This document shows positions 62,822 through 64,000 of a stretch of DNA of 64,000 bases, one piece after another. Below the pieces are notes generated by a model, which had not been told where the DNA came from, made no database searches, and was given only the letters and a program-made list of their open reading frames with translations. Source of the stretch: Octopus vulgaris (lineage: Eukaryota); contig OX597821.1 of assembly GCA_951406725.2 (NCBI GenBank), forward strand, positions 73,904,001 through 73,968,000, in the 5' to 3' direction. Every line of letters starts with the position of its first letter. Position 1 is the first letter of the stretch. The position numbers and the translations under genes are program-made.

Positions 62822-63300
62822 TGATTGATTGATTGATTCTAGTTTCAGCTCATGAGCTGTGGCCATGCTGGGGCACCGCCATTTGGTGTTGCTACTTGGT
62901 TTTACTTCACGAAAGCTTTTTAGCAACTGCCATTTGGTGCATGAGAGAGTTCGATGCAGCTGCCCTCATCTGCACCTCCTGCCGTGAAGTTGGTTCATCT
63001 GGGACACCTGACAGGAAGAGATCCAGTTTCATTTTAAAGACATCTGCATCCACCCCATACAGGTCTCTCAGGTTCTTCCGGAGGATATTGAAGAGCTGTG
63101 GGCCTCGGAAGCCCAGGCTATCACAGTATCTTGTCCTACATCTTGATGGCAAATTTGGAGTCCTAGGCACCACGCAGTGGCGCCCAGTTCTGGCATTTGT
63201 GTAACTCTCGATGCCAAAGTTTGGGACACGTCCCTCCAGGATCTTCCAGATGTATATTATGGCATATCTTTCCCGCCTACGCTCCAAGGAATATAGTTTT
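62822..63300 (-). mobile_element. CR1/L2-group LINE 3' end with (AATC)n tail
   Basis: LYSLERRRERYAIIYIWKILEG...GPQLFNIL...FKMKLDLFLSGVPDEP, with 3' UTR ggcggtgccccagcatggccacagctcatgagctgaaac. Confidence 0.85.
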
Positions 63301-63655
63301 AGGATTAAAGATGATAACATAATGAGGTATTCTTTTTTCTTTTTCTTTCTTTCTGATATACTTTCATTTTAAAAAAAACAACAAAAAACATGATGGTTTC
63401 TTTTTTTTTTATCATACATATCTCTCATTCACACAACTGTTACTTCTTTACGTACATTATTTTATATTTGTTAAATCTCTCTCTCTCTCTCACTCTCTCA
63501 TTCGAAATACCGATTCATGACATTATAAAGGACATTGTATTTGTAAGATTCTTCAGAGTTCCCTAAACGTGGGATATAATCTCTTTCTTGTGAAGACATT
63601 GGGGCTGGGTGCTGGGTAAGTTTACCTGCAGCTGAGTACTGCCTGTCATCCATAA

Positions 63656-63707
<52 letters not shown>

Positions 63708-63764
63708 TATACATATTAGCACACACGTACACGCACACATACACACGCGCATATATACATTAAG

Positions 63765-63809
63765 ATGGTCCGACGATGGATTAACTGCCCGAAACTTCGA
63801 AGTCACTAT
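63765..63809 (+). ncRNA. Minimal type I hammerhead motif (CCGACGA core, GUC site)
   Basis: atggt-CCGACGA-tggattaactgccc-GAAA-cttcgaag-TC-actat. Stem I is 5 bp, stem II gg/cc, and stem III palindromic acttcgaagt. Confidence 0.72.
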
Positions 63810-64000
63810 TAATAATATTCTATAAGTATATATATATGCGTGTGTCTGTGTGTTTGTGTGCATTTGTGTGTGTATGCACAGCTATGCCTGTATGCATGTA
63901 TGTGTATCTATATATGTCCATGTATATCGACCTCTGTATTTCTCTGCGTGTACAAGTATGTGTCTATTCGCAGCACAGAAGCAACGACAAGTAGATTAAC

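Overview
AT-rich, microsatellite-laden animal DNA, most likely intronic or intergenic sequence from an octopus or other coleoid (judged from the SINE families and repeat landscape, not verified). Nearly all ORFs in the supplied track are translations of (TA)n, (CA)n or (TATC)n. The real content is: two abundant SINE families; remnants of Tc1, mariner and maT DNA transposons and MITEs; fragments of several non-LTR retroelements (Tx1/L1, R4/Dong, HERO, CR1/L2-group); a decayed Neptune-type Penelope element (RT + GIY-YIG); and a few candidate host exons. The most striking unlisted feature is a dense set of hammerhead-ribozyme motifs (7 foldable, about 8 degenerate or permuted). They sit on short non-coding modules, usually next to microsatellites and sometimes within long inverted repeats. 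One hairpin with 173-bp arms carries a canonical hammerhead on each strand. All folds were done by eye.
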